Below are positions 1 through 8,789 of a stretch of 42,940 bases of DNA, one piece after another. Source of the DNA: Bacteroidota bacterium (GTDB lineage Bacteria > Bacteroidota > Ignavibacteria > Kryptoniales > JAKASW01); NCBI GenBank assembly GCA_021789755.1, contig JAJYJD010000001.1, forward strand, positions 1 to 42,940. The letters run 5' to 3'. Positions within the stretch are counted from its first letter, which is position 1; each line of letters begins with the position of its first letter. The notes beneath the pieces were generated by a model. The model ran no database searches. It saw nothing but the letters and a program-made list of their open reading frames with translations, and was not told the origin of the DNA. The position numbers and the translations under genes were made by a program.

Positions 1-870
1 CACGGTTCCGCCATAGCTCAAGCTTCCGACTCTCTCAAATACTTTCCCTGCGATGCCGGAGACGAATGGCTCTACTATGTCGAATACTCGCCAACGCAAG
101 GTGAATTCAAAACAATAAAAGTCGATTCGGTGCTCAGCCATCCGCTCGGACGGCTGGTCTATATGAGCGGGGACAACGAAAGAGGTACCGAGTTTGTCGT
201 GGACACTGCCAACGGATTCATTTATGGTGTCTTTTCAGGCGAAAATCCCGACAGCGTCGACTCACTTCCGAATGTTTATCGTCTAGACGCTCAAGTAGGT
301 AATTACTGGCGTGTGCCCGTCCCCTATGCTGGGGTGAGCGCGATGTTCGATACAACTGTCTTTGGGGTACGAAGGAAGATAAAGGAATTTTCTTTGTTTG
401 GGACTTTCCAGGGCGATACGACAGGAGGTCAGGATCATAACCCCGATACATGGTTCTCCTATTTCTCCGAACAGTATGCTTATGGAATCGGAATGACATA
501 CCGATATGTTGAACCGGGCGAGGGATGGTTCTTGGTAGGCGCGATTATCGATGGCGATACGCTTGGCACCTTGATGGCTGTGAATGAGAAGAAGAATAAT
601 GTCCCGAGAACCATTCAACTCAACCAGAATTATCCTAACCCATTTAACCCAACGACCGTCATTCAGTACCAGCTGCCAAAAGACACCCATGTCACTCTTA
701 AGATCTACGACATACTCGGCCGAGTGGTGGCCACCCTGGTCGATGGAGAAGAGACCGCGGGCCCTCATGAAGTCGTGTTTGACGGCTCGAGGTTTGCCAG
801 CAGTGTCTATTTCTACAGGTTGTCAACGCCAACATATTCCAAGATTCAGAAGATGATCTTGATGAAGTAA
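1..870 (+). CDS. Secreted protein with T9SS (Por) C-terminal sorting domain; 5' end is outside the window
   Basis: Frame 1 has no stop from base 1 to the TAA at 868-870, so the ORF-track GTG at 130 is probably internal. The last ~85 aa (LNQNYPNPFNPTTVIQYQL...VYFYRLSTPTYSKIQKMILMK) fit the T9SS C-terminal domain pattern (TIGR04183-like). Confidence 0.8.
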   Translation, partial: HGSAIAQASDSLKYFPCDAGDEWLYYVEYSPTQGEFKTIKVDSVLSHPLGRLVYMSGDNERGTEFVVDTANGFIYGVFSGENPDSVDSLPNVYRLDAQVGNYWRVPVPYAGVSAMFDTTVFGVRRKIKEFSLFGTFQGDTTGGQDHNPDTWFSYFSEQYAYGIGMTYRYVEPGEGWFLVGAIIDGDTLGTLMAVNEKKNNVPRTIQLNQNYPNPFNPTTVIQYQLPKDTHVTLKIYDILGRVVATLVDGEETAGPHEVVFDGSRFASSVYFYRLSTPTYSKIQKMILMK

Positions 871-1029
871 GCTGAGGCTGACCACATACAGTTTACAAGT
901 CACGCTGCGAGAAATCACGGCGGGACTTTTTGTTATTTGGCGGGACGCATAGAATGAGGTATTGTTCGGTAACAGGGGAGAATCTCCACCGGCTCAGACA
1001 AGAAAAGCGGCGCGTTGTTAAGCGAAGGG

Positions 1030-1656
1030 TTACTTCGTTTTCCGGAAAGTGAGCACAACCTCACCCGCAACGAAGAACTGTCTGTCGTCGGGAGAGAAGC
1101 TCAGTATCTGGTATGACTTGTTTGATGGTTTGAGGTGGATCTTCTCGTTGGCGAATTCGTAGAACCTGACTATCAGGACACCTGCGGCGCTTCCCAGGAC
1201 GAGCGAGTTCTGATCGGGCTGGGCAACGCGTCTGCAAACGACGTAATCTCCCTTGAATAATCCGACGAAGTTCATGGCGTCGTCGGAGACCTTGACGGCG
1301 AAGAGCTCACCGTCGGGGAGAAGCTTCGCGTCGAAGTGAAGCACATCGACTATGTTGGAAAAAATAATTTCTCTGGATTCAATTCTTGAAACGAGCGGAA
1401 TTGTCCTGACTGACGGTGGGAGGTCGGGATTTGTAAGTTCGGTTCTCGGGAGGTTGATTCCGCGAGAGCGTCCGGGTTCCCGTTCGATGTAGCCTTTCTT
1501 TTCGAGGGCTTTGAGCAGGTCGCTGACGGCTCGTGTTGAGCGAATCCCCATTTGTTCACCCAACTCACGGAATGTAGGTGGCTTGGAGTGGTCTTTCAAG
1601 TAGCGCCGAATGAATTCAAGCGCTTCACCTTGCCGTTTAGTTAGCCCTCGTGCCAT
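1030..1656 (-). CDS. lexA: LexA-family repressor homologue (N-terminal winged HTH plus S24-like C-terminal domain) with substituted autocleavage residues
   Basis: The N-terminus LTKRQGEALEFIRRYL...PTFRELGEQMGIRSTRAVSDLLKALEKKGYIER is a typical LexA DNA-binding domain. The C-terminal half aligns by eye to the S24 fold (KGDYVVCRR, IVRFY, VAGEVVLTFR). The expected AG, GDSM and VKR motifs read SR, DDAM and IVR. Confidence 0.85.
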   Translation of the reverse strand: MARGLTKRQGEALEFIRRYLKDHSKPPTFRELGEQMGIRSTRAVSDLLKALEKKGYIEREPGRSRGINLPRTELTNPDLPPSVRTIPLVSRIESREIIFSNIVDVLHFDAKLLPDGELFAVKVSDDAMNFVGLFKGDYVVCRRVAQPDQNSLVLGSAAGVLIVRFYEFANEKIHLKPSNKSYQILSFSPDDRQFFVAGEVVLTFRKTK

Positions 1657-1664
1657 TTCGATCT

Positions 1665-1693
1665 AAATTACACAACACAAGTTTAGCTGTCAA
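1665..1693 (-). promoter_or_regulatory. Putative sigma70-type promoter of the lexA-like gene (TTGACA-N17-TAATTT); it predicts a near-leaderless mRNA
   Basis: The minus strand reads TTGACAgctaaacttgtgttgtgTAATTTagatcgaaATG. The -10 ends 8 nt before the ATG, and there is no Shine-Dalgarno sequence. Confidence 0.5.
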
Positions 1694-1797
1694 GAAATAA
1701 CCCAAACTTTTGTTCAACTTGTTTACTAAAGATATTATAACGGCATCTTATGTGAAAAATAGGCTGAAATTTTGCGGAATCTGTGCGATTTGCTTGG

Positions 1798-1928
1798 TGG
1801 GGAAAAATGGAAAAAATAATGCTTGACTTTTGGAGCCCGTTGGTTAAATTTCCAACGTGGTGGGGAAAAGTGGGGAAGTTCCCAGCTTTTCCCAGTGTTT
1901 ACTAAAAACTTGTCCCCAAATGTGGGGA
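1798..1928. promoter_or_regulatory. Array of MraZ-box-like TGGGGA/TGGGA repeats (candidate MraZ operator)
   Basis: TGGGGA starts on the plus strand at 1798, 1861, 1871 and 1923. TGGGA/TGGGGA occurs on the minus strand at 1894-1890, 1884-1880 and 1918-1913. Adjacent copies are exactly 10 bp apart (1861/1871 and 1894/1884). Confidence 0.6.
1823..1850 (+). promoter_or_regulatory. Putative dcw (mraZ) promoter TTGACT-N16-TAAATT
   Basis: TTGACT lies at 1823-1828 and TAAATT at 1845-1850. This is immediately upstream of the densest TGGGGA repeat block and 117 bp upstream of mraZ. Confidence 0.45.
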
Positions 1929-1966
1929 ATTTGTCCGAAAGATAAATCGGAGAAGTTCAGAGGAAG

Positions 1967-2425
1967 ATGTCGTCATTCAAAGGACGCTACGAATACGTTT
2001 TAGACTCCAAGGGAAGGCTCAGCATCCCGGCAAAATTGCGAAAAAGCCTCTCTTCCGAAGCTCATGACACCTTTGTCGTGACGCGCGGAGTCGAAAAATG
2101 CCTCTACGTTTATCCCCTCGATGAATGGCGGCGACTTGAAGAAAAGCTCCGCTCCCTCAACCAATTTCTGGAGAAGCACAGATACTTCATCAGAACCCTC
2201 CTCATGTGGGCTTCGGAAGAATTCCCTCTGGACTCACAATCGCGTATTACAATTCCCAAAAATCTGCTCGAATTCGCAGAGATCGAGAAGGAGGTCGTCA
2301 TTATCGGCGCCCTCGAAAGAATCGAGCTCTGGCATCCAAAGACATTCAATGAGTATTTGAATTCTCAACCGGAAAATTACGCCTCCGTGGTCGAACAAAT
2401 CATGGCGGTTAATGTCAACAAATAA
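1967..2425 (+). CDS. mraZ: Transcriptional regulator MraZ
   Basis: The 152-aa protein has the duplicated MraZ/SpoVT-AbrB-type motif (DSKGRLSIPAKLR and DSQSRITIPKNL). It is the first gene of the dcw cluster. Confidence 0.95.
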   Translation: MSSFKGRYEYVLDSKGRLSIPAKLRKSLSSEAHDTFVVTRGVEKCLYVYPLDEWRRLEEKLRSLNQFLEKHRYFIRTLLMWASEEFPLDSQSRITIPKNLLEFAEIEKEVVIIGALERIELWHPKTFNEYLNSQPENYASVVEQIMAVNVNK

Positions 2426-3342
2426 TGGCCGTTTATCACGAACCCGTACTGCTGAAGGAGAGTATTGATCTGTTGGTTACCGACTCGAACGGTACATATA
2501 TAGACGCGACGTTTGGCGGAGGCGGGCACACACGCGAGATTCTCTCGAGGCTCGGAAAGGATGGGAGGGTCCTCGCATTTGACGTCGATGATAACTCCCG
2601 CCGCATTGCGGATGAACTCTCTTCTGAAGACGGACGTCTTTCGTTTGTTCCGCAGAACTTTTCCCACTTGAAGGAATTCGGAAAAGAGAGCGGGCTCGAT
2701 TCTTCTGCCGGCATTCTCTTCGATCTCGGTGTTTCCTCGTATCAACTGGACAACGAAGAAGGGTTCAGCTACAGGCGCGACGAGAGGCTCGACATGAGGC
2801 TCGATAAGAAACTCGATATCTCGGCTTACGAAGTAGTCAACTCTTACCAAGCCGACGAGCTCGCCGACATGTTTTTCAAGTTCGGAGAGGAGCCGAGGTC
2901 GCGGGTTCTCGCAAGGGCAATCGTCAAGGCGAGGGGAAAGAACAGAATTGAGACAACCGCTCAGCTCGCAGAGATCGTCGCGCACGTGTGCGGAAGATCG
3001 GATAAGACGCTCTCTCGTATTTTCCAGGCCCTCAGGATAGAGGTCAATGGAGAACTCGATTCCCTGTCGGCCGGACTCGACGGGGCTGTCGACCTGGTTT
3101 CCCGCGGCGGCAGGATTGCCGTCATATCCTATCATTCGCTCGAAGACAGGATCGTCAAGGAGAAGTTCAAATTTGAGGCGGCGACCTGTGTCTGTCCTCC
3201 GGAAGCTATCATCTGTACATGCGGCAAGAAGGCGCGGGTCAGGATACTCACTCGCAAGCCTATCGCGCCGGGTGAAACGGAGATCAGGGCTAACCGCAGG
3301 GCGCGCAGCGCGAAGCTGAGAGTGGCGGAGAAAACAATATGA
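2425..3342 (+). CDS. rsmH: 16S rRNA (cytosine1402-N4)-methyltransferase RsmH
   Basis: HEPVLLKESIDLL...YIDATFGGGGHT and the SYHSLEDRIVK motif are typical of RsmH/MraW. The start overlaps the mraZ stop. Confidence 0.95.
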   Translation: MAVYHEPVLLKESIDLLVTDSNGTYIDATFGGGGHTREILSRLGKDGRVLAFDVDDNSRRIADELSSEDGRLSFVPQNFSHLKEFGKESGLDSSAGILFDLGVSSYQLDNEEGFSYRRDERLDMRLDKKLDISAYEVVNSYQADELADMFFKFGEEPRSRVLARAIVKARGKNRIETTAQLAEIVAHVCGRSDKTLSRIFQALRIEVNGELDSLSAGLDGAVDLVSRGGRIAVISYHSLEDRIVKEKFKFEAATCVCPPEAIICTCGKKARVRILTRKPIAPGETEIRANRRARSAKLRVAEKTI

Positions 3343-3710
3343 GCGAAGAAACAAGACAGCCCGACGAGCAGAAAAAGCCGTCCAAGGCACCGTCGCTCTC
3401 TGTCTCCAGGTTCATCATCGTGCTGGGAGGAGCGGTAGCCATACTCCTTTTGATAGTAAACAACAGCGTGACGATCGATGCTCTTGTCACAGAGATGGGT
3501 TCGCTGGATTCGACCTATGCGCGGCTCAGGTTTCAGAACGATTCGCTCCAGGCAGAACTCAAGAGACTTTCGAGTGCGGAGAGAATAACGAGAATCGCCT
3601 CCGAGAAACTCGGGCTGGTTTACAGCAGCCAGACTCTCGAACAAATAGAGATCGACAAGGATAAGTTGAAAGAAGCCGAAAAACAGGATGCAAGAGACTC
3701 GACAAGATAA
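3339..3710 (+). CDS. ftsL: Cell division protein FtsL-like (single TM plus coiled coil)
   Basis: The 123-aa protein has one TM segment (FIIVLGGAVAILLLIV), a heptad-like region and the ERITRIASEKLGL motif. It sits in the conserved position between rsmH and ftsI, and its ATG overlaps the rsmH TGA. Confidence 0.75.
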   Translation: MSEETRQPDEQKKPSKAPSLSVSRFIIVLGGAVAILLLIVNNSVTIDALVTEMGSLDSTYARLRFQNDSLQAELKRLSSAERITRIASEKLGLVYSSQTLEQIEIDKDKLKEAEKQDARDSTR

Positions 3711-5904
3711 TCCGGCGGTCACGCGTCCGCGAGTGAGTTATACCGGGAGGATCAATTTCCTGCGGGTTGTGCTGGCGCTCGTCTTTGTCGCTATTGTCGC
3801 GAAGCTCGTGATTATACAGGGAGTGCAGGGTTTCTATTATCACAGAGTAGCTCAGGACCAGTATGAAAGCCGCGTGGTCCTACAGGCGAACCGGGGAATG
3901 ATTTTCGACAGGAACGGCAGCCTGATAGTTTCGAACAGCTACGGTTATTCATATGCCGCCGACCCGCAGCTTCTCGACGACGCCGAAAAATCGAAAATCG
4001 CGAATGAATTTGCCCCGGTCTTCAATTTACCCATCTCCTATTTTCTCGACAGGTTAAACACGAAGGCCCGGTTCGTCTGGCTGGCGCGCAACGCGAGTCC
4101 CGCCCAGTCCGGTGCGCTGGCGGAATTCAGGATCTACGGTTTGATAAGACTTCAGGAACAGCAGAGGCTGTATCCGTACGGTTCCTCCGCGGGCCAGATA
4201 CTCGGTTTTACTAACGTCGACGGAAAAGGTGCCAGCGGCGTGGAACTGGAGTTCGATTCTCTCCTCGCAGGCACAAACGGTTTCGAGATAATGCAGCGCG
4301 ACGGTCTTGGGAGGAAAATGCCTTCCGTCGATTACCCGAAGGTCAATCCGATAGCCGGCTGCAACATCCAGCTCACGCTGGACATGAACATCGAGCAGAT
4401 CGTCGAGCAGGAACTCGCCGCAGGAGTCCAGCGCACCGGTGCGGCTGCAGGGACGGCGGTGTTCATGGATCCTACGACCGGGGAAGTACTGGCCATGGCG
4501 AATTACCCGTCCTTCAATCCCGCCGAATACGATGCGTACAGCTACGCCGATTCGAGGAACCGGGCGATCACAGACGTATTCGAGCCCGGCTCGACGTTCA
4601 AGATAGTCACAGCTTCCGCCGCTCTTGAAGAAGGGATAGAAAAACCGGACGACATTATATTTGCCGAGAACGGGCGGTACACGCTCTACGGGAGAGTCAT
4701 TCAAGATTTTGAACAGGCCGGTTGGATCACGTTCAGACGTGCAGTAGAACTGTCAAGCAACATTGCCTTCTCAAAAATAGGCTGCAAGATCGGGGCGAAC
4801 AAATTCTACAGATACGCAAGGGATTACGGGTTCGGTGCGCCGACCGGTATCGGGCTGCCCGGCGAGGTTCCGGGCGAGCTGAAGAAACCGTACGAATGGT
4901 CGAAGGTGTCGCTCCCGTTCATGTCATTCGGTTATGAAGTGCTCGTCACGAATCTTCAGATGGCTCAGGCTTATGCTGCGGTTGCGAACGGAGGGACTCT
5001 GATGCAGCCGTATATCATAAATAAAATCACCGGTCCGAACGGCGATGTGGTTTTTCAGAACGAGCCGATGAAGATCCGTCGTGTCGTGACTCCCGACGTC
5101 GACCGCACTCTTACCGGCCTTTTTGTAGACGTCGTCGAGCAAGGAACCGGTGAAGAGGCCAAAATGAACGACCTTCTTATCGCGGGAAAAACAGGCACGG
5201 CGCAGAAGCTGGTCGACGGGAAATATTCGAAGGAATTCTATCACGCGTCATTCGCCGGATTTTTCCCGGTCCCGAATCCCCAGATTGCCGGCTACATAAT
5301 GATAGACTCGCCGACGAAAGGCTACACGGGAGGTGCGGTGGCGGCCCCGATATTCAAGAGGATAGCCGAACGCATATACGGCATCATGCAGCGGAAGACG
5401 ACGAACCTGACGAACGCCGATATCAGAATGGCATTCAACACAAGCGGGAAGAGAGAAACCGGATCGAAGACCGCAGCCTTTATCCCCGCGGAAAATCAGG
5501 ACAACACCAAAGGCGATGTGGTCCGGGTACCTGAGGTCTCGTTCCTCGACTATTCATCCGCGGCGGCCATTCTAGAAAACTTCGGACTTCAGGCATCGCC
5601 GTCCGACCACGAAAATTTTATAATCCTTTCTGAGAAACCTTCGGCGGGGACTCTGGTCGCAAAAGGATCGACGATCATACTGAAGGTGGCGGACGCCAGT
5701 CATGTCACAAGAATGCCGGATTTCAGAGGCGCCAGTGTCCGAAATGCAACAAGCTTTCTCCTCTCTGCGGGGATACCTTTCCGCGTCGTCGGAAGCGGGA
5801 AGATCGTCGGACAATCTCCGAAAGCCGGGCAGCCGGTGAACAGAAACGTAAATGTTATCATAAACTGCGAAAGCAAAGATTTCAACGTATCAGGGCTCTA
5901 CTGA
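3688..5904 (+). CDS. ftsI: Peptidoglycan D,D-transpeptidase FtsI (class B PBP) with two C-terminal PASTA-like domains
   Basis: An N-terminal TM anchor is followed by the transpeptidase motifs STFK, SSN and KTGTA. Two PASTA-like repeats lie in aa 611-738 (VPEVSF...IILKV and MPDFRG...VIINC). Confidence 0.93.
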   Translation: MQETRQDNPAVTRPRVSYTGRINFLRVVLALVFVAIVAKLVIIQGVQGFYYHRVAQDQYESRVVLQANRGMIFDRNGSLIVSNSYGYSYAADPQLLDDAEKSKIANEFAPVFNLPISYFLDRLNTKARFVWLARNASPAQSGALAEFRIYGLIRLQEQQRLYPYGSSAGQILGFTNVDGKGASGVELEFDSLLAGTNGFEIMQRDGLGRKMPSVDYPKVNPIAGCNIQLTLDMNIEQIVEQELAAGVQRTGAAAGTAVFMDPTTGEVLAMANYPSFNPAEYDAYSYADSRNRAITDVFEPGSTFKIVTASAALEEGIEKPDDIIFAENGRYTLYGRVIQDFEQAGWITFRRAVELSSNIAFSKIGCKIGANKFYRYARDYGFGAPTGIGLPGEVPGELKKPYEWSKVSLPFMSFGYEVLVTNLQMAQAYAAVANGGTLMQPYIINKITGPNGDVVFQNEPMKIRRVVTPDVDRTLTGLFVDVVEQGTGEEAKMNDLLIAGKTGTAQKLVDGKYSKEFYHASFAGFFPVPNPQIAGYIMIDSPTKGYTGGAVAAPIFKRIAERIYGIMQRKTTNLTNADIRMAFNTSGKRETGSKTAAFIPAENQDNTKGDVVRVPEVSFLDYSSAAAILENFGLQASPSDHENFIILSEKPSAGTLVAKGSTIILKVADASHVTRMPDFRGASVRNATSFLLSAGIPFRVVGSGKIVGQSPKAGQPVNRNVNVIINCESKDFNVSGLY

Positions 5905-7398
5905 ATGATGCTTGGTGAACTGATCAAAAATGTTTCGGTAACTGAAGTCGTCGGTGGCGTGGAAAGGGAGATTACCGAAATAGTCTATGATTCCCGGAAG
6001 GTGAACGAAGGTTCGCTTTTCGTCGCGCTCAAGGGAGCGCAGTCTGACGGGCATCGTTTCATCGTAGATGCCGTAGGTAGCGGCGCGAGCGCGGTCGCGG
6101 TCGAGGACAACAGTATCGTCAACGACGACTACTTCCTCTCTCACCACACCACTAAACTACTTGTCCCCAGTACCCGCCGCGCTCTTGCGCTTATCGCCGC
6201 AAACTTTTTCAGGCACCCGGCCGAACGCCTGAAAGTCGTGGGTGTAACCGGCACGAACGGAAAAACCACGAGCACATATCTTCTCAAAGCCATCCTTCAG
6301 TCGGCTGACGAGAAAGTCCTTCTGATCGGGACCATAGATTATATTTTCGGCGATCGCTTGATCGAGACGGCGAGGAACACTACCCCGGAGTCGTTCGACG
6401 TTCAGCGAATGATGGCCTCGACGGTTGAACATGGTGGGACTTGTGCGGTCATGGAGGTGTCTTCCCACTCCCTCATGATGGACAGGGTTTACGGAATTCC
6501 GTTCAAAGTCGCATTGTTCACGAACCTTACTCAGGACCATCTCGACTTCCACAAGACGATGGAAGAATACTTCAAGGCGAAGAAGATCCTGTTCGATACG
6601 CTGCAGCCGGACAGCATAGCGGTCGTCAACATTGACGACAGCTACGGCGTGCGAATTGCCGCCGATACGAAGGCGAGAAAAGTATCTTACGGATTCGATG
6701 TGAAAGCAGATTTTCGTATAGTCGAGTCCGACTACAGCGCAGCCGGGACTGCCATAACGATACAATATAACGGCAGAAACTTCTCAATCGATTCCAAACT
6801 TGTGGGCAAGTTCAACGCATACAACCTTACGGGCGCGTTTTCGGCAGCTGTAAGCATGGGCTACAGTCCGTCTTTGGCAGCCAGGGCCCTGGCGGGCGTC
6901 CAGAGTGTGAAGGGACGTTTCGAGAGAATCGATTCCGGAAAGGGTTTCGTCGTGGTAGTCGATTACGCACACTCTCCGGACTCGCTCCAGAAAACACTTC
7001 AGGCTGCCAGAGAAATACTGATGTCGGGCAGTAAGGGCGGAAGACTGATCACAGTCTTCGGATGCGGCGGGAACCGCGACCGCACGAAGCGCCCGAAGAT
7101 GGGAAAAATATCCGAAGATCTAAGCGACCTGACGATCGTAACATCGGACAATCCTCGTTTCGAGGACCCGGATTCGATCGCGGATGAGGTTCTTGCCGGC
7201 ACCACAAAAGGAAGCGACAAGGTTTTGAAAATTGTCGACAGGCATGACGCCATTCTCGAGAGCCTGAAGAGAGCCCGCCCACATGACATCGTGGTTCTTG
7301 CGGGCAAGGGTCATGAGGACTACCAGGTCGTGAGGGATGTCAAGCTCCATTTCGATGATCGCGAAGAAGTTGAAAAAGCCCTTGGTTTGAGGAGTTGA
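5905..7398 (+). CDS. murE: UDP-N-acetylmuramoyl-L-alanyl-D-glutamate--2,6-diaminopimelate ligase MurE
   Basis: The Mur ligase P-loop GVTGTNGKTT is present. The DNPR motif (TSDNPRFEDP) is characteristic of meso-DAP-adding MurE. The dcw position fits. Confidence 0.95.
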   Translation: MMLGELIKNVSVTEVVGGVEREITEIVYDSRKVNEGSLFVALKGAQSDGHRFIVDAVGSGASAVAVEDNSIVNDDYFLSHHTTKLLVPSTRRALALIAANFFRHPAERLKVVGVTGTNGKTTSTYLLKAILQSADEKVLLIGTIDYIFGDRLIETARNTTPESFDVQRMMASTVEHGGTCAVMEVSSHSLMMDRVYGIPFKVALFTNLTQDHLDFHKTMEEYFKAKKILFDTLQPDSIAVVNIDDSYGVRIAADTKARKVSYGFDVKADFRIVESDYSAAGTAITIQYNGRNFSIDSKLVGKFNAYNLTGAFSAAVSMGYSPSLAARALAGVQSVKGRFERIDSGKGFVVVVDYAHSPDSLQKTLQAAREILMSGSKGGRLITVFGCGGNRDRTKRPKMGKISEDLSDLTIVTSDNPRFEDPDSIADEVLAGTTKGSDKVLKIVDRHDAILESLKRARPHDIVVLAGKGHEDYQVVRDVKLHFDDREEVEKALGLRS

Positions 7399-8789
7399 TA
7401 ACGTTGGACGATATACGCGGGATTAGAGGTGTGGAATTGATGAGCACGAGTCTTAAATGTGTTTCCGGTGTCTCCACCGATTCACGCAGCGTCTCGCGCG
7501 GACAATTATTCTTTGCGTTGAAGGGTGAAAATTTCGACGGACATTCGTACGTCTCCGACGCGCTTGCAAAAGGAGCTGCCTGCGCGGTTGTCGACAGAAA
7601 GTGGTACATGAGCAGCGAACACTCATCTGCACAGCCGTTTGCAGTCGTCGACGATACGACGAAGGCGCTTGGCGACCTTGCCCGGATATACCGGAGGAAA
7701 TTCGATATGCCGGTGATAGCAGTCGGCGGTTCGAACGGCAAGACGACCACGAAGGAGATGGTCGGAAGAGTGTTGGCGAGAAAATACAGGGTCGCGAAAA
7801 CGGCAGCTAACCACAACAACCAGATAGGTGTTCCACTCACGATCTTCGATATGCGCAAATCACATGAGGCGGCGGTGGTCGAGATCGGCACCAACCATTT
7901 CGGCGAGATTCAGCGGCTATGTGAGATCCTCGAGCCGAGCGCAGGGCTGATCACTAATATAGGTAACGAACATCTGGAGTTTTTCGGCGACCTCGACGGC
8001 GTGGAAAAAGAAGAGGGAATGCTCTTCGGTTTTCTGGCGAAAACAAAAGGAACAGCCTTCGTCAACACGGACGACAGCCGCATTATCGGCCTGTCGAAAG
8101 CGGTCCGACACAGATTCACATACGGTTTCCAGGGCGGTTCACGTAGGAATCTTTCGGCACGGTTGTTCGGATTCGATTCAAGGGGCTGCGCACTTTTCGA
8201 AATAAAATTTGAGGGAAAAACAGAACTCGTCCACCTGAACGTTCCTGGGATCCACAATGCTATGAACGCACTTGCGGCAGCAGCGGTCGGAATCCGGTAC
8301 GGCGTCGGTCATCGGGACGTGAAGAGGGCACTCGAGACATTCAAGTCTTACGAAAAGAGGATGCAAATACTCAAGATAGCCGGAGTCACGATTCTTAACG
8401 ATACTTACAATTCCAATCCTGAGTCCGCGATAGCGGCACTCCGTTGGATGTCGATGGTGCGCTCCAGAGGAAAAAGAATCGCGGTACTGGCAGACATGCT
8501 CGAGCTCGGGGGGGCATCGATGCGCGAACATCAGAGGGTCGGCGGCGAAGTCGCGAATGAAAAGGTCGACCGGCTTTTCACTTTCGGAGAGATGGCCCGA
8601 GACATTGCAGCCGGCGCCGATGGCGGTGCAGAGACTGAATCGTTCAGCGATAAGCGGGAACTCTCGGAGAAGCTGCTGAAGACTGTAAGGCCGGGAGATG
8701 TGGTCCTCGTGAAAGGATCACGCGGAATGAAGATGGAAGAAGTCGTCGACGCCTTGATCAGCGGGCTTGAGGCCGGGAGGACGCAATAA
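7395..8789 (+). CDS. murF: UDP-N-acetylmuramoyl-tripeptide--D-alanyl-D-alanine ligase MurF
   Basis: The motifs VSTDSRSVSRGQLFFALKGENFDGH and the P-loop GGSNGKTTTKEM are present. The TTG start overlaps the murE stop. Confidence 0.92.
   Translation: MITLDDIRGIRGVELMSTSLKCVSGVSTDSRSVSRGQLFFALKGENFDGHSYVSDALAKGAACAVVDRKWYMSSEHSSAQPFAVVDDTTKALGDLARIYRRKFDMPVIAVGGSNGKTTTKEMVGRVLARKYRVAKTAANHNNQIGVPLTIFDMRKSHEAAVVEIGTNHFGEIQRLCEILEPSAGLITNIGNEHLEFFGDLDGVEKEEGMLFGFLAKTKGTAFVNTDDSRIIGLSKAVRHRFTYGFQGGSRRNLSARLFGFDSRGCALFEIKFEGKTELVHLNVPGIHNAMNALAAAAVGIRYGVGHRDVKRALETFKSYEKRMQILKIAGVTILNDTYNSNPESAIAALRWMSMVRSRGKRIAVLADMLELGGASMREHQRVGGEVANEKVDRLFTFGEMARDIAAGADGGAETESFSDKRELSEKLLKTVRPGDVVLVKGSRGMKMEEVVDALISGLEAGRTQ

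Noticed and set aside
2377-3390. 337-aa ORF antisense to rsmH
   Set aside because: It fully overlaps a gene with unmistakable RsmH motifs on the other strand. It is Arg/Ser/Pro-rich, the low-complexity composition typical of antisense frames in moderately GC-rich DNA.
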